Origin: Prorocentrum cordatum
Taxonomy: Eukaryota
Direction of reading: 5' to 3'
Length of the DNA stretch: 64,000 bases
NCBI GenBank assembly: GCA_963575745.1
Contig: CAUYUJ010000048.1
Location: 496,001-560,000, forward strand
Part shown: one piece after another, positions 24,852-37,330 of the stretch
Position numbering within the stretch: the stretch's first letter is position 1
How the letters are laid out: every line of letters starts with the position of its first letter
Program-made: the position numbers and the translations under genes
Notes under the pieces: generated by a model
The model's input: the letters and a program-made list of their open reading frames with translations, nothing else
Database searches by the model: none
What the model was told of the DNA's origin: nothing

Positions 24852-25385
24852 GTCTGGGCGTCGCATGCCGGATCGTCTTTCTCGCTGTCGTCGCCGCCGC
24901 CGCCGTCATCGTCGTCGCCGTCGTCGCTCCTGTCGTCAGCGTCGTTGTTGTGGTCGTCGTCGTCGTCCTCCTCCTCCTCGTCAGCCTCAGCTACCTCTGG
25001 CGTCGTGGAGTATCCTTCCCTCGGCGGTCGACGTTCGATCCATCTCCTTGCTTCTGCCCCCCACAGGGCGCCAGCGGGAGCGGGGCATGGCTTCTCCATC
25101 CCGCCACTCTGGCGCAAAAGACTTGGGCGTCAGCAGGGCTATGGGTAGAGCGTCGATCACCCAGAATCCCCACCACCTGGGAAGCTGGCAGCCTCCCCTG
25201 AGATGCGACGCTGCTGAAAGATTGCAACATCGGAAAAAATCACGACCAGACCCCCGGCCCCATCTTTCTGTGTCATTCTTCGCGCCGGATCGACCTGTGC
25301 GGGTCCCGGGGCCCGTAATGGAACGAAAACGCCTGGCTCGAAAAAATGGAGTCGCCAGGATCTCAGGGTCCACCATTTGGGAATC

Positions 25386-25999
25386 GGCGGCGAGCGATGG
25401 GGGGGACGTGAGAAGGAGAAAGCATTCTCAGAAGGCTCGGAAGTCCCCAGGCTTCTGAGAAGTTTCCTCTAAGCCTTCCCCGAGGACAAAAAGATCTCCT
25501 CAGAAGGCGCCAGGACTTCTGAGAAGTCCCGCCGCCTTCTGAGGAGGCCTTCCCCTGCTCACTTCCCCCCCTCGCTCGCCGCCAGGGGAGGCTGGCAGGC
25601 CGCACCCCGCAGGCTGATCCTGTCCGACGAGGCCTGCGGCGGCCAGCGCATCAAGACCTGCCGCACCCTGCCGTCCACCGTCGCGGAGCTCGTGCGCGGG
25701 CCTCGGCCGGGCCTCGCCGCCTCGCCGAGTTCTCCCAGGGCCCAGGCCTCAAGGTTCGGGGATCGAGGGTCGAGGTCCGACGAGTAATCATCGGCGGCGA
25801 GCGAGGGGGGGAAGCGAGTGAGAAGGAGAAGGCCTGCTCAGAGGGAGGTGGGACTTCTCACAAGCCCTCTTGCGCCTTCAGAGAAGCTTTTGCTTTTGTT
25901 TTTTTGGGGAAGGTTTAGGGAATTCTTAGAAGGCCTGGGGACTTCCGAGCCTTCTGGGAAGGCCTGCTCCTTCTCACTTCCCCCCGTCGCTCGCCGCCG
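25386..25999. mobile_element. Two TIR elements (family G; 25386-25583 and 25793-25999) flanking a putative exon
   Basis: GGCGGCGAGCGA.GGGGG...GTGAG / CTCACTTCCCCCC.TCGCTCGCCGCC with CTTCTGAGAAG-rich interior; relative at ~39488-39670. Confidence 0.7.
25613..25699 (+). CDS. Putative exon (LILSDEACGGQRIKTCRTLPSTVAELVRG)
   Basis: ccccgcag|G acceptor, GG|gc donor, nearly all codons end in G or C. Confidence 0.6.
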
Positions 26000-26626
26000 C
26001 AGTTGGGGGGGAGGCATCGACCCTCAATCGCCTCTATAGGGGCCTGATGCCCCACCCCGCCGTGGAGAGTGCGGGTGTGCGATCGGGGGCCAACCGTGGA
26101 TGCCCGTGCCAGGCAACATCCTGCTTGCCTCCAGGGTGCCCTGGGTTTCCTGGGTTCCGAGGTTTTTGTTTGCTGTGGAAGGCGTGACGTTCCCACACCA
26201 AGCATCCATGGCCGTCCTGGGATCTCAGGGCTGGGTTTTTCGTGGAAGGTTTCTCAGGAGGGAAAAAAACGCACAGACACAATGAATCGTCGACTCCCCC
26301 GAAAATATGGGAAAATATGGGAAGTGGTGGGGACGACAACAACCCAGAAAATATGGGAAAATATGGGGCATCCTTTTATTCGTGCCCATTTCTTTGCGTG
26401 TCCCAGGCCCCCTTCAGTTTCGTGTGGACTGACCTCCACCACTGCAGGGCACCCCCACCCACACCAAACATCGATGGGAGGGGGAGGAGGAGGAAGAGGA
26501 GGAGGAGGAGGAGGAGGACGAGGAGGAGGACGAGGAGGAGGAGGAGGAGGAGGAGGAGGGGGAGGAGGAGGAGAGGGCTGGGTTTCTTGTGGAAGCTTTC
26601 GTGTGGACTGACCTCCGCCACTGCAG

Positions 26627-26721
26627 GGGACCGACCTCCCGCCCCGCCTCCTGGAGAGTGCCGCTCTGCTACCGGGGGCCTACAGCGCCGATCCGCCGGC
26701 GACGCCTCGCCGATTCTCCAG
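26627..26721 (+). CDS. Putative exon (GPTSRPASWRVPLCYRGPTAPIRRRRLADSP, or alternative frame)
   Basis: ctgcag|G acceptor, CAG|gt donor, phase 2->1 fits neighbours. Confidence 0.45.
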
Positions 26722-26864
26722 GTCGACGCTTGGCCCAATTGAGACAGCCCCCCCTCAGCGTTTCCCTCTGCAGAAAGCGGGCGGGGAGGAGGGGGAGGGG
26801 GAGGAGGGGGAGGAGGAGGAGGGGGAGGAGGAGGAGGAGGAGGAGGAGGAGGAGGAGGAGGAGG

Positions 26865-26912
<48 letters not shown>

Positions 26913-26971
26913 AGCAGGAGGACGAGGATAGTCCAAGATTCTCGAGGGTCTCGAGAGCCTGGGCATGGCAC

Positions 26972-27133
26972 CACCCACCAAACCACCCCAACCCAACCCG
27001 AAGGCCTCAATCTGTCCTCCATTTCCAGTGGGAAGGGGGGGGGTCGGGGAACAGTGAGAAAACACACATACGGAACCCGTACCCCCCCCACCCGAAATTC
27101 GGGTCTTCGGGTTCGGTTGGGGTGGTCTGGTAG
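26972..27133. mobile_element. TIR element (family E)
   Basis: ACCAAACCACCCCAACCCAACCCGA / TCGGGTTCGGTTGGGGTGGTCTGGT. Another copy at 42065-42226 and a split copy at 16265-16308 plus 19109-19247. Confidence 0.75.
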
Positions 27134-27267
27134 ATAGTCAGGTCAGAACGAGCGCCCCCACGGACAGATCTGGACGTTGCCCCCCAACAAAAACGTGACG
27201 GCGGATGTCCTGTCATTTTCAAATGTTTGAGGGGGCTGCTTCCCAGCCCTGGGACCGTCCAAGAACG

Positions 27268-27492
27268 TCGGGACTTAAAAGACGGGGGTCAATGCAAACC
27301 GAGATCAGTCAGAGCGTCGGACCTTGCAGAATCCTGCAGGGCCAGGGTCGCATTGGCCCGGATTTGGGTGCAGGATCCTGCAGGATGTTGCAGGTTCCTT
27401 CGCATTGACCGAGGTTTGGGCGCAGGATTTTGCAGGATCCTGCAAGGCCCGGCTGGCCCGGGTCTGGATTGACCCGGGTCGGTACACCCCCC
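27268..27492. repeat. Interspersed repeat family D (GACGGGGGTCAATGCAAAC, CCTGCAGGATCCTGCAG)
   Basis: Copies at ~35985-36145, ~42535-42810 and inverted at ~43215-43358. Confidence 0.75.
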
Positions 27493-27531
27493 CCGACAAC
27501 GTCTCATGGTACAAAGCCGTTCCCGGGGAAG

Positions 27532-27664
27532 GGGTCGAGATCTTCGGCGGCCCGCGTCACGAAAGCAAATGCGTCGCCGGACGAGATAGAAATTTCATCC
27601 ACGTGCTGAGTTCTTCCCAGCCTCCCTCCCCGCGGAGCGGAGCGACATGCTATCCGCTTGCAAG
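27532..27664 (+). CDS. Putative exon (GVEIFGGPRHESKCVAGRDRNFIHVLSSSQPPSPRSGATCYPLAR)
   Basis: Weak gaag|G acceptor, AAG|gc donor, phase 1->2. Confidence 0.35.
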
Positions 27665-28430
27665 GCACAGCGCGTCGCTGGGGCCGCCGCCGCGACATAC
27701 TAAGCAACAGTTCCCGACCGCAGTTTGGGAATGAGCATATCCTCGCCCACGGACGAGGACTGGGACCGCAGAGGGGATGTGCACACCACCATCGTGCCTG
27801 GCCAGGGCCATCCATGGGCCTGGGTTGGTGTAAAGTGCCTGCTGGCCAATGCAGTGATGATACACACGCCAGGCCAGGGCCAAAGGTGGCCCTGGCCAGT
27901 GGTGGTGTACAGGTTCCTTTTTCGCGGACTGGTAGCCCGAAAAGGCCCGTTTTAGGCAATGGGGTCACCAGAAAAAACGAGCTGGAACACAAAATAGACG
28001 GTTGGGTCGAGAGTGCCAGGGGCAAAAAGGCCGCGAGGCACGTCGGAGGCAGGGAGCAGGCCAGGGTGGTGGCAAGAGGAATCGGAGGACGCGAATGGGG
28101 GGGCGATGCATGGGGTGGGCAGCGAGGGCTGCTGAAAAGAAGCCCTTCAGGGCCCCTGAAGGGGCCCTTTCGGGCCCAGAACGGGGCCCTTGGCGCCCGA
28201 AAAGGGCGCCTTTCCCTCCCCCCCCCCCCTTTGACGCCGCCCCCATTCATTCGCGCCCACGGGAACGGCAGTGACCGAGGAGCGGATGCCGTAGGTATTT
28301 TGTCAAGCGGGTCGGGTCGAGGGCTCGGGACGCCTCCGGAGGTCTGGAGGGGGACAGCCGGGCATGTCCCCAGAGACTTGCAAGCACGTCGTCGCGAGAA
28401 TTTCAGCGTGACGGCTGTTTTTCTCTGCAG

Positions 28431-28524
28431 GCTGGGCCCTTCTGGGCCCGATTCGGTCCCCAGGACCAGCAAGGATCACGGATTAGCAGGCGGGGAAGGA
28501 TGTTCTCTCCCTTGAGTCTTGCAG
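28431..28524 (+). CDS. Putative exon (donor at 28489 or 28524)
   Basis: Strong ttttctctgcag|G acceptor; CAG|gc and CAG|gt donors. Confidence 0.45.
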
Positions 28525-28909
28525 GTAGGGCCGACGCAGAGTTGTTTTTGATCGCACCCCAACCCTGTCCACTTACAGAGCATTTGGAGCATGTCTTCAT
28601 CATCCTTACCCTGCGTCTCTCCGCCCAGTTCTAGATCGACGCGCCACGGCGCTTCTTTGCTGTCCCCTGCGCCTTAGCGGCCCGGCGATATGTGCTCTGT
28701 GGTTCTTCCGCGGTTTTCGAGTTCCTCACCCATTTTGGTGTTGCTCACTCCTTCTTCTCACTCTCCCATATGTTTCTCCTCCTCTTCCTCCTGCCTAACC
28801 CTTTCTCTCTTCTTCTCCTCCTCCACCTCCTCCTTCGCGAGGTAGATGCCTTGGACCTACCGTATGTTCGCTGTTGGTTCCTGCGTCGGTGTTTGTGGTG
28901 TACCTTCAG

Positions 28910-28983
28910 GCGCTGGTGGGTGCCTGGTGCACGCGTGGCCGCTCCAGGGACCCCACGCTGCCCTGTATGCATAGCTTGCCAAG
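28910..28983 (+). CDS. Putative exon (frame uncertain)
   Basis: taccttcag|G acceptor, AAG|gc donor, unique island. Confidence 0.35.
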
Positions 28984-29070
28984 GCTGAGCGACGTCTCGG
29001 TGTGGCACACATGCTCGAGGGCCCGGTGCTGTCTTCAGGGTTGCGTTTCCTCCCCCTGCTCGCCTCCTCG

Positions 29071-29276
29071 ATGGGGTCCGAGTAGATGGGGTCGGAGGAT
29101 CGCGCCGCATCGCCGATGCATCGAGGATGCGCCTCTACGTGGGGCACGATTTGCTTCACGTCGACGTCGCCGATGCATCGCCGAGGTCGCCAGTGCATGG
29201 CCGATGCATCGACAATGCATCGCCGATACATCGCCGATTCGGTGCAATCCTTCGACCCCATCTACTCGGACCCCAT
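29071..29276. mobile_element. ~205-bp MITE (family B) with 30-bp TIRs and internal CGATGCATCG palindromes
   Basis: ATGGGGTCCGAGTAGATGGGGTCGGAGGAT / ATCCTTCGACCCCATCTACTCGGACCCCAT (1 mismatch). Other copies at ~65-235 and ~31414-31584. Confidence 0.85.
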
Positions 29277-29454
29277 CTAGGATTAAGTCGGGCCCGTCCC
29301 TCTACAGGAGGAATATTCAGAAATAGTCCAACAATAATCTGGGGATCATTTTTTGTTTTAACTATGCTTGAGCATTTCGGAGTATGTGTTTGATTTGTTT
29401 TTTATTTCTCGTCCAAAATTCCCCTGTAGGAGGACAGGCCCGACTTAAATCTAG
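29277..29454. mobile_element. ~170-bp MITE (family A) flanked by CTAG
   Basis: TIRs TTAAGTCGGGCC.GTCC..CTACAGG / CCTGTAGGAGGACAGGCCCGACTTAA. Other copies at ~3581-3749, 29605-29774, 31586-31760, 41245-41414, 43073-43212 and 61331-61495. Confidence 0.85.
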
Positions 29455-29817
29455 GAGGCGTCTATGCTCCCCTCCTCGTGTTCGGCCTGGGCTACGGACC
29501 CTCCACAGTAGTTCGTGTGTCTCGGAACTTCTCCCTCGAGGCACTGGCGTGCCGATCTCCATGGTCATTGCGCTCTGATGCTGTGACTACTCTTCACCAT
29601 GATCTTAGGCTTAAGTCGGGCCTGTCTCTCTACAGGGTGGATATCAAAAATAGTAGAAAGTATTCTGGGAACGAATTGAGTGATCATTTTGAACATGATT
29701 TGACTCTTGTTTTGGAGTGATTTCTTGTTCGTCCAAAATCCGCCTGTAGGGGGGCACGCCCGACCTAATCTTAGGCATCATCAGCCCAGCCACGCTCGAA
29801 TATTTGATGCTGTGCAG

Positions 29818-29902
29818 GCCCGGTTGCAGCAGCAGGCCAGAACATGGGACTTTCTTGTTGAGCTCATATTGGCCCCCTCACAACAAATATATACAGCGAG
29901 GG
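29818..29902 (+). CDS. Putative exon (e.g. ARLQQQARTWDFLVELILAPSQQIYTAR)
   Basis: tgtgcag|G acceptor, G|gc donor, unique island after a MITE. Confidence 0.3.
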
Positions 29903-30275
29903 GCTGACGCAGGGCCTGACCTGTGCTTGTCATTATGCGCTGGTCGTTGCAAGTAGGTATTTCTGGATTTCCAGATCGCAATCTACTTTAGCCGCCTTCC
30001 TACTTCAAGTCCCTAAGGGCTTGTCGACTTTTAGCCAATCGACTTGTGTGGGGGGATCGAGCCATATAAATCCAGGGATACAGATTAATCGAGGCACATC
30101 CAGGTGAATCGAGATAAATCACGGTGAATCTGGGTAAATCCAGGTAAATGCAGAGATCTCCAGGGAAAGTTGGAGCAACTCGCGGCCGCTCCAGCGCGAA
30201 TCGAAGGACGGCAGAAGTCGTTCGGCCTTCAACGATCGAGAGCCGAGTGGTTTTCCCTCTTCCCTCCTCTCCCAG

Positions 30276-30386
30276 GGGGCGGCCGAAGCCCAATCTGCTT
30301 CCAACACCTTCCTGCTTCGTGCTCCTATACCCACTTCTTCGGACCGACGGGTGCCCGCATTGAGTCTGCCGTGTATGCTGACTCAG
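30276..30386 (+). CDS. Putative exon (GGGRSPICFQHLPASCSYTHFFGPTGARIESAVYADS)
   Basis: Pyrimidine tract plus cccag|G acceptor, CAG|gc donor, 111 nt. Confidence 0.5.
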
Positions 30387-31303
30387 GCGATCGCAAAAAT
30401 CAGGGATCAAGGGGGCGTGGAGTAGCCACGGGTCCCGTTTCCGCGGGAGATCGCCCATCTCCGCCGCCGAGCGAGGCGGCGCCGGCCGCATCCTGGGGAG
30501 GGCACCTCCCCCGATCCACGGATCTGGCGACCGCGCGCCAAATCCAGGGATCGCTGATCCGTGCTCGTGCGCCCCCGGCGGAAGGCCTGGGTGTACAGTG
30601 TGTCGGACGGTGGGAGCGGGTTGGCGCCCTCGAGGGGCGGCGGGCTTCTCCCACCTCCCACATGCCGCTGCCGCTCTCCGCTCGGACTCCCGTCCGTTGG
30701 CCGCCCGTCCCTTGTTGGCCTGTGTCGCTACTCCTCCTGCTCCTCCTCTTTGACGTGGGTCAAGCCTTGGGACTGCGTCTGTCGCGTTCTCGCTCCTCCT
30801 CCTGCTCATCCTCCTCCTCCTCCTCCTCCGGGACTGCGTTCGCTGCGTTCTTGCTCCTCCTGCTCCTTTCTCCTCGCCTTCCTCCCCTTCATCCGCCTCT
30901 TCTCCCCCACCTGCCCCGTTGCTCTCTCTCTCTCTCTCTCTCTCTCCCTCCCACCCGCCCCTGCCCCCGTTCCCTTCCCCCCAGCAGCACGAGCGCGCGG
31001 CTTCCCGAAGAAGTTGGCAGAACAACGGCCCCCCCCCCCTCGCGTGCCGCCGACGACCTCATACCCGGGACGGGCGCGCACGCCTGGCAGGGCGCACGGC
31101 GTCGAGCATGCACGAGGAGGGCGTTGGCGCCCCGAGGCCGCAGGGCACCCCGGCCTCTGTGCACGGCCGTGCGCCCCCGTCCGCCTTCCTGGGCCTCCGG
31201 GAGGGGGTCCGAGGGCCTCCAGCTCGGACTGCTTCTGTTGGGCCGTCCCCTGCAGCTTGAGTTTGACGCGGGCGGCGTCGGCGTCCTCGTTGTCGTCGTT
31301 TTT

Positions 31304-31380
<77 letters not shown>

Positions 31381-32740
31381 AGTTTTTGTCGTCGTCGTTG
31401 TCCAAAAAAAAGGTGGGGTCGGAGGAGCGCGCCGCGTCGCCGATGCATCGACGATGCGGCTCGCTGTGGAGCCCCTGCTGCTCCACGACGACGTCGCCGA
31501 GGCACAGCCGACGCGTCGCCGATGCATCGCCGATGCGTCGGCGATGCGTTGGCGATGCGGCTCGATCCTTCGACCCCATCTGCTCTTAAGTCGGGCCTGT
31601 CCCTCTACAGGAGGAACATTCCAGAATAGCCATAGAAATAGTCTCGGGACGATTTGTTCTAGTCTTTGCTTAACTTTTCTGGGAGTATATATTTTGTGGG
31701 TATTTGTTTCATTTTCCGTCCAAAATCCGCCTTTAGGGGGGACCTGCCCGACCAACGTCTGGTCTTGCGTTGCACGCCGCCTGCTTCCTCGCTCTGCCAG
31801 GGCGGACGAACGCCTCCGTGCGCCGCTGGGGGAGCCTTCCCCCAGCCCGGCTCGGCCGCCTCGGCGGAGCTTCCCCGCCCCGCCCTGCTCGGTTCGGGCC
31901 GGACGAAAGGGGGGGATTGGGAAAGGGGGGCTAACGAAATTTGCTGCATGCAGTTTGTTTCGGCCTCATCGAGGGGCCCATTCCTCGATACATAGTCGCC
32001 TCCGGCGCCGGGAGGCGCCGGGAAAATCAGCTACGTGAGCTGCTTATCAGACCCCCTCTTTGCTATCCCCTCCTTTCGCCCGACCTGCTCGGTGCACTCC
32101 AGGGTCTGATTGGACCTTTCATCGGGGGCGGCAAAGAGGGGGGTGATGACCAGGGGGGGGGAATATCATTCGGGTATAGCCAGGACCCCGGGTAAGAGGA
32201 CCCGGTTAGTGGTAGGGCCCTGGGGCCCCTCAAGTGGCCAGATTCACTAAACGAGGTTCGCCGTAACTGGTGTTTTTCGGGTGACGGCAGTTCCGGTTAG
32301 CGGAACGGGGCGGGGGGGGGGGGGGGCGCCCCCCGGTACACATCCCTAAACCAGGTTCCACTAAACCCAGTTCTGCCAACGCCCGAATCATGGAGGAGGC
32401 CATGATATTTTCCTAGATTTTATGGCGCCTCTTCTCATTTCCTTGCGTCCCTGGTCCCCCCGCTGGGCCGCGCACATGCCGCCGGTCATGATTTGCACCC
32501 CCCCCCTCGTGGACACCCCCCTCTTGGCCCCTCCCGAGGGGTCTGATTGGGCCTGTTGCCCCGACGCGTCGATGCGCGAATTGGCCGTTTTCGGTTCGCG
32601 AGAGGGCGTCGCGGCGTCGCGGCCACCATTCTTGCGGGTCCGGGCGCATCGGTGTCGGTCCCAGGCCGCTTTCATCAAGGGGAGGTTTACGAAAGGGAGC
32701 CGTGTCCACCGCCGAGCGCTTGCGCCAGCGCTCCGCTCAG

Positions 32741-32860
32741 GCAGCTGCTGCAGGATGCGGACTTCAATCTCGAAGAGGCGTGCTCGGTCCAGGGGCTCGA
32801 CCCCAAGTCGCTCAACGCCGCCGGGGGTGGCCTCCTCGTCGTCGGCCTGAACGGCTTCAG
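32741..32860 (+). CDS. Putative exon (QLLQDADFNLEEACSVQGLDPKSLNAAGGGLLVVGLNGFR)
   Basis: gctcag|G acceptor, CAG|gc donor, 120 nt, strong GC3 bias. Confidence 0.55.
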
Positions 32861-35442
32861 GCTCCCTCGCCCTTGGGCAGTGAGGCTTCTCTGCGTGAAG
32901 AGGGGCGGTGCGGGCCTCCAGCTGCCTGAACACTTGGGGGGGGCCGATATTCGTCCTCCGGAGCCGGGTTTCGGACACCAGCAGCGTCGGAAAACCTTAG
33001 CTCAACGATGGTCCCGGGGCCGTCGAGGATACGATCGTCCTGCAGCCTGGAGCATCCAGCCCCGAGAGTGGCACGCGATGGCAGCACACGACGTCGGAGG
33101 TCTTCGAGCGGAGCTGGTGGATGTCGAAGACAGCTCGCGCTGAGGGTCACGGTGGCCCTCAGTCTGAGACCCCTGGTCTTCCCGCGCCAACAGAAAATAT
33201 TAGGAGAATTTATCTCAGTTCGAGCATCTGCACGCCTGTGTCGGACCCAGGGGCCGTCAAGCAAAAAGAGGCAGGACGAACGGAAACGCCCCTGGGATTG
33301 GGCCGAAAGTTTTGGGTGCTGTTCGGTTTGCAATCAGACCGTCGAGGGTCTGTCGGCAGCGCGCACAAGGGGTCGGGCGAGGCACGTGGCCCTGCGAGAG
33401 AAGGGATTAATGCCTAGGCGGGGCGGGAGGCTTCTGAAGAAGGCTTCCGAGAATGCAGCTGGGCTTCCAAGGAAGCCCCCCGATCTTCCTGGAAGGCTCC
33501 CCACCCTCGCCCCCCTCGCCCTCTCTTGGGGCGCCTCTCTGAGGGCTTCTGGGAGACCTCATGAGCGGGCGCTCAGGGCCTCTCGGGAGCTTTTGTTTGG
33601 TGGCAGTATTGTTGGAAAACTCTCACACGACTTCTTCGCTATCCCCGTCTTAGGCCCCTCTCGATGGTCTCACGGCTCTCCGGGGCCGTCGTGGGCCCCT
33701 CTTGGAGGCCTCTTGGGCCGTCTTGGAGCGATCTTGAGAGCCTCTATTGGGCCGTCTTCGGGTGCTGGAAGCTTGAAAACGGCGAGAACGCCGCTGACAT
33801 TGAAATTCGATATGTTTGGCCTCTTGGAAAAAACCCTCGGGCCGACTCGATGCCGTCTTGGATCGTCGTGAGGCCCTCTTGGGGCCATCTTGGGCTGTCT
33901 TCGGGCCTTCTGCCCCTCGGACAGACAAACGTCCCGCGACACCTGGGGAGTCACGCGGCACACCCCAGAAATTCCAGTTCTCGGGGGTCCACAGTCACAG
34001 GCAGCAGGGATTCTGGACGGACGCGTGGGCAACCGGGGGTACAGGGCCCCTTCAAGAGTATTCCCAGCACTCGAATGCTCGATACAGGGGTCCGTGGCTG
34101 CGGCACGGTGGCGGACGGCACAGGTTGCGAGGTGTGAAGACCATGAACAGACACTGTGCCGCTATGCTTCTGGAGATGGCCCGCCGAATCTAGTCGCTCA
34201 TCGCATTCGTTGGCTCATGGTGCATCATCGTTAGCACTCTGTTGTGTTGAGAGGTGCCGTGGATGAGAGCATCAAGCCAGGAGGGGAGATACTCGCCAAA
34301 GCGAAGCGACGAAGCGTCACCCCCCAAGCACTGCTCACTTGGAGCCCCGCTGGAGGCGTCACCCGAGGTCTACCAGCAAAGCCCCAAAGCACGAAAAGGC
34401 AAGGAACACAACGACATGGATACGTCTATCCTGTGCTGAGCCCTTTGAAGGTTTCTGGTAGCATCTTGGGTTAGCATCGGGAAGGCTTCTGAGAGCCTCC
34501 TGGTGCCTCTCAGGGGCTCACTGGGGCCTCTTCGGGGCCACGTCGGGGCTGTCTTGGGCCATGTAAGGCCACTTTGGGGCTATCTTGGGGCCTCTTCAGA
34601 TTGAGTTGGGGCCGTCTTTGGGCCCGTCACCCATTAATCATCGGTCTTGTACCGCTCTTGGGCTCCCTTGGGGCCCTCTTGGGGCGCTGCTGGGGCCTCT
34701 GGGGGACATTTAAGCCCTCGTGGAACCCTTCTGTGCTCGTTTGGATCTATCTTGGGCGACCTTCGAGTGATCTTGATGCTTGAGAGGGCCATCGGAAGCG
34801 ACCCGGGAGTAAAGCCACAACCATTGAAAACATACCTCAAGATGTTGCAGTAGTATGTTGGCCTTCCTGGAAGCTACCTTGGACATCATTGGTCCATCTC
34901 GGAGCTATCTTAGGGCCTTTTGGGGTTGTGTTGGGGCCATCTTGCGGCCTGTCACCAGTGGTCCTTGCTCTTGGGACCTCTTGGGGCCATCTTGTTTCCC
35001 TTGGGGGCTCTTGGAGCCCTCTTCTAGGGACATCTCACGCGATCTCGGAGCCATCTTGAAGCGTCAGAAGGACATGGGAATCGAATCGGGGAGAAAGCCA
35101 CAATCACTGGAACCAGGTTGCTGAATATATTCTGCCTTGCAGGCCGTTTTGTGGCCGTCCTGTGGCCTCTCGGAAGCATGTTTGAGACGAGGTGGCGGTC
35201 TGGAGACGCATCTTGGAGGCAACGTTGGTAGCTGTTTGTCGGTTTTTAAGCCGCCCGGCAGTTCCGGCATTCCGCGGCGGGATCGCCCAGGGATCTCCTG
35301 GCGATTTTCTTTGCGGGATCCCCAGGGGCCGCCACGCGAGCAAGGCGTGGACCGTACCATTTTCGGGAGCCTCGCACCAGAGATTCTAGCATGCCTTCGG
35401 CCCGCTGCGTGGGCGATTTTTTTCGCCCGGAGTGGAAATGAG

Positions 35443-35595
35443 GCTTCTTTGTCAGTATATTGGCACTCGTTCGGCCGATTATGGGGAATCCTACGGTAAA
35501 CAGAGCCTGAAGCTCAACGATGTAGTTGCAGGGGGAGCCACGACTGGCTCGGCAGTTTGCAGTGTGACGAAGAAGGATGTACAAGCCCTGGCCAG
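35443..35595 (+). CDS. Putative exon (LLCQYIGTRSADYGESYGKQSLKLNDVVAGGATTGSAVCSVTKKDVQALAR)
   Basis: atgag|G acceptor, CAG|gt donor, phase 2->2. Confidence 0.5.
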
Positions 35596-35746
35596 GTCTA
35601 CCTATGCGAGGGGGCGTCGTGGTAGGCATGTCTGTGCGCATGTTGTGTTGCACATCTGTCTTGTGCTCCCTCTCGTATGGCGATTCGCCTACCTACTATT
35701 AAGAACGTCAGCGCGCACACACTGTACATCATTGAAGGTCCATGAG

Positions 35747-35815
35747 GTATAGTGGGCAATCCTACCGGTATGGATTCGGTCCTTTTATAAATCCGCAGCT
35801 GGTGGTTGCGACAAG
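35747..35815 (+). CDS. Putative exon (YSGQSYRYGFGPFINPQLVVATR)
   Basis: catgag|G acceptor, AAG|gt donor, phase 2->2, in frame with the previous exon. Confidence 0.5.
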
Positions 35816-36307
35816 GTCTTCAGAGCTCCTGGGCGCCACCTCTGGGCCGCAGGCGGGTGCACATCAGCAGCGACGCCGCTCTGGCCGAGTTCCTCGGGAG
35901 GGCTGCAGAGACAGCGACGCCGGGAGGCTCGAGGCTTCCCTCGCTGGAGGCCGGCATGCGGGAAAGGGAATGCCGTTCGCTCTCGGGGCTCTCAAGAGAC
36001 GGGGGTCAACGCAAAGGGGGGTCAGCCAGAGCGCCAGATTCTGCAGGATCCTGCAGGGCTAGGGTTGCATTGACCCAGGTGAGCGTGCGGGATCCCGCAG
36101 CTTCCTGCAGGATCTTGCAAAAACCGTATCAGTCGGTCCCCGACGTTCGTCTGGAGTTGCCAATGTGGGCGCAAGGTGTTTCAGTAAGTTTCCCCGACGC
36201 CGGAAAGCCCGCTGCTCCCAACAGATAGCTCATGGGTGCGGGTCGGCCCTGGGCTGTCCCGTGGGCCCAAGGTGGCCCGAGGCTGCGTGTGTTCATGCGC
36301 TCTTCAG

Positions 36308-36420
36308 GCGGGGTAGTGACGCGTCGGCATCGCCCGCGTCCGCGGTTGGAGCTGCCCGAAATGGCGCCATCAAATCCCTGCAGCCGTGGCCTGATGCAGC
36401 TGCTGGTGGCGGGGTGGAAG
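36308..36420 (+). CDS. Putative exon (RGSDASASPASAVGAARNGAIKSLQPWPDAAAGGGVE)
   Basis: ctcttcag|G acceptor, AAG|gc donor, phase 2->1. Confidence 0.4.
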
Positions 36421-37139
36421 GCTCAAAATTGTCAAACCGTCCAGCACACCGAATTAGAAATCTGAACTACTGCGCAGGCAATGGCGTAGGCATGCAGCGT
36501 TCCTAAAGGGCGAGACGAGCCTTCACGCGTCTTCTGCAGGGGAAGTGGCCCAAGGAGTCTGCGTGTTCCGTATTTTCGTGTCGAGGAGGGGGTTTCGCAG
36601 GCAATTGTCATAGCATGCACCAGGTGTCCAGGATCAGCGGGTCGAACCGAGTAGTCGAATCGTCCTATTACCGCTGGGCGTCGTGGATAAAACCGTCCCC
36701 ATCAATCGATTAACGCCAGGTTAGACTTGCAGACCAGGATTGGATCTGGCGAGCTTCAGTTAAGTGAGATGCCCGTGTACGTCGGAAGGCATCAGCGAGG
36801 CAGCGTCAGAAGGCATCAGCGAGGCATCAGCGTCGGTGGCGACAGGTTTCGGCAGCTCAGAGTTTGTCGGACCATTCTCGCTGGTGTAGGCGCGTGTGGG
36901 CGAAGCGCCTTGGATAGAGGCGCTGCCATGCTCCCGTGTGTTCTGTCGATGGGGACTGCGCGCTGTGTAGATCGCACGGGAACCACAGTGGTCCCCCCGT
37001 CAGGAACCGAGCCCGCAGATGTGGTACGTTGGCATGTCGTGGGGCCGTCAAAGGTGGGAGGGTGAGGAGGAAGAGGATGAGGAGGAGGAGGAGGAGGAGG
37101 AGGAGGAGGAGGAGGAGGAGGAGTGACCCTCTTCTCTGG

Positions 37140-37330
37140 TACCCCTGCCCCGTCCCACCCCGTCGTGGTATGTGAAGCTTGTGGGTACGGTGCCAGTAAT
37201 CGGATCTTGGCCCCGCTCCTCGCCCCTTGCAATGGCAAGCCCAGCGAGCACGGAGGTCGTACCCTTAAGCAGCTGATCCAAGGTTTCATGCCTGGGTCCC
37301 GGAAGGCTGCCACCTGCTCGACCAGGCGTG
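37140..37330 (+). mobile_element. Non-LTR retrotransposon 3' remnant (Cys-rich C-terminal motif)
   Basis: VVVCEACGYGASNRILAPLLAPCNGKPSEHGGRTLKQLIQGFMPG resembles CxxCG...LxxPC...L..L..G..P tails of LINE ORF2 (recalled similarity, not searched). Confidence 0.35.
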
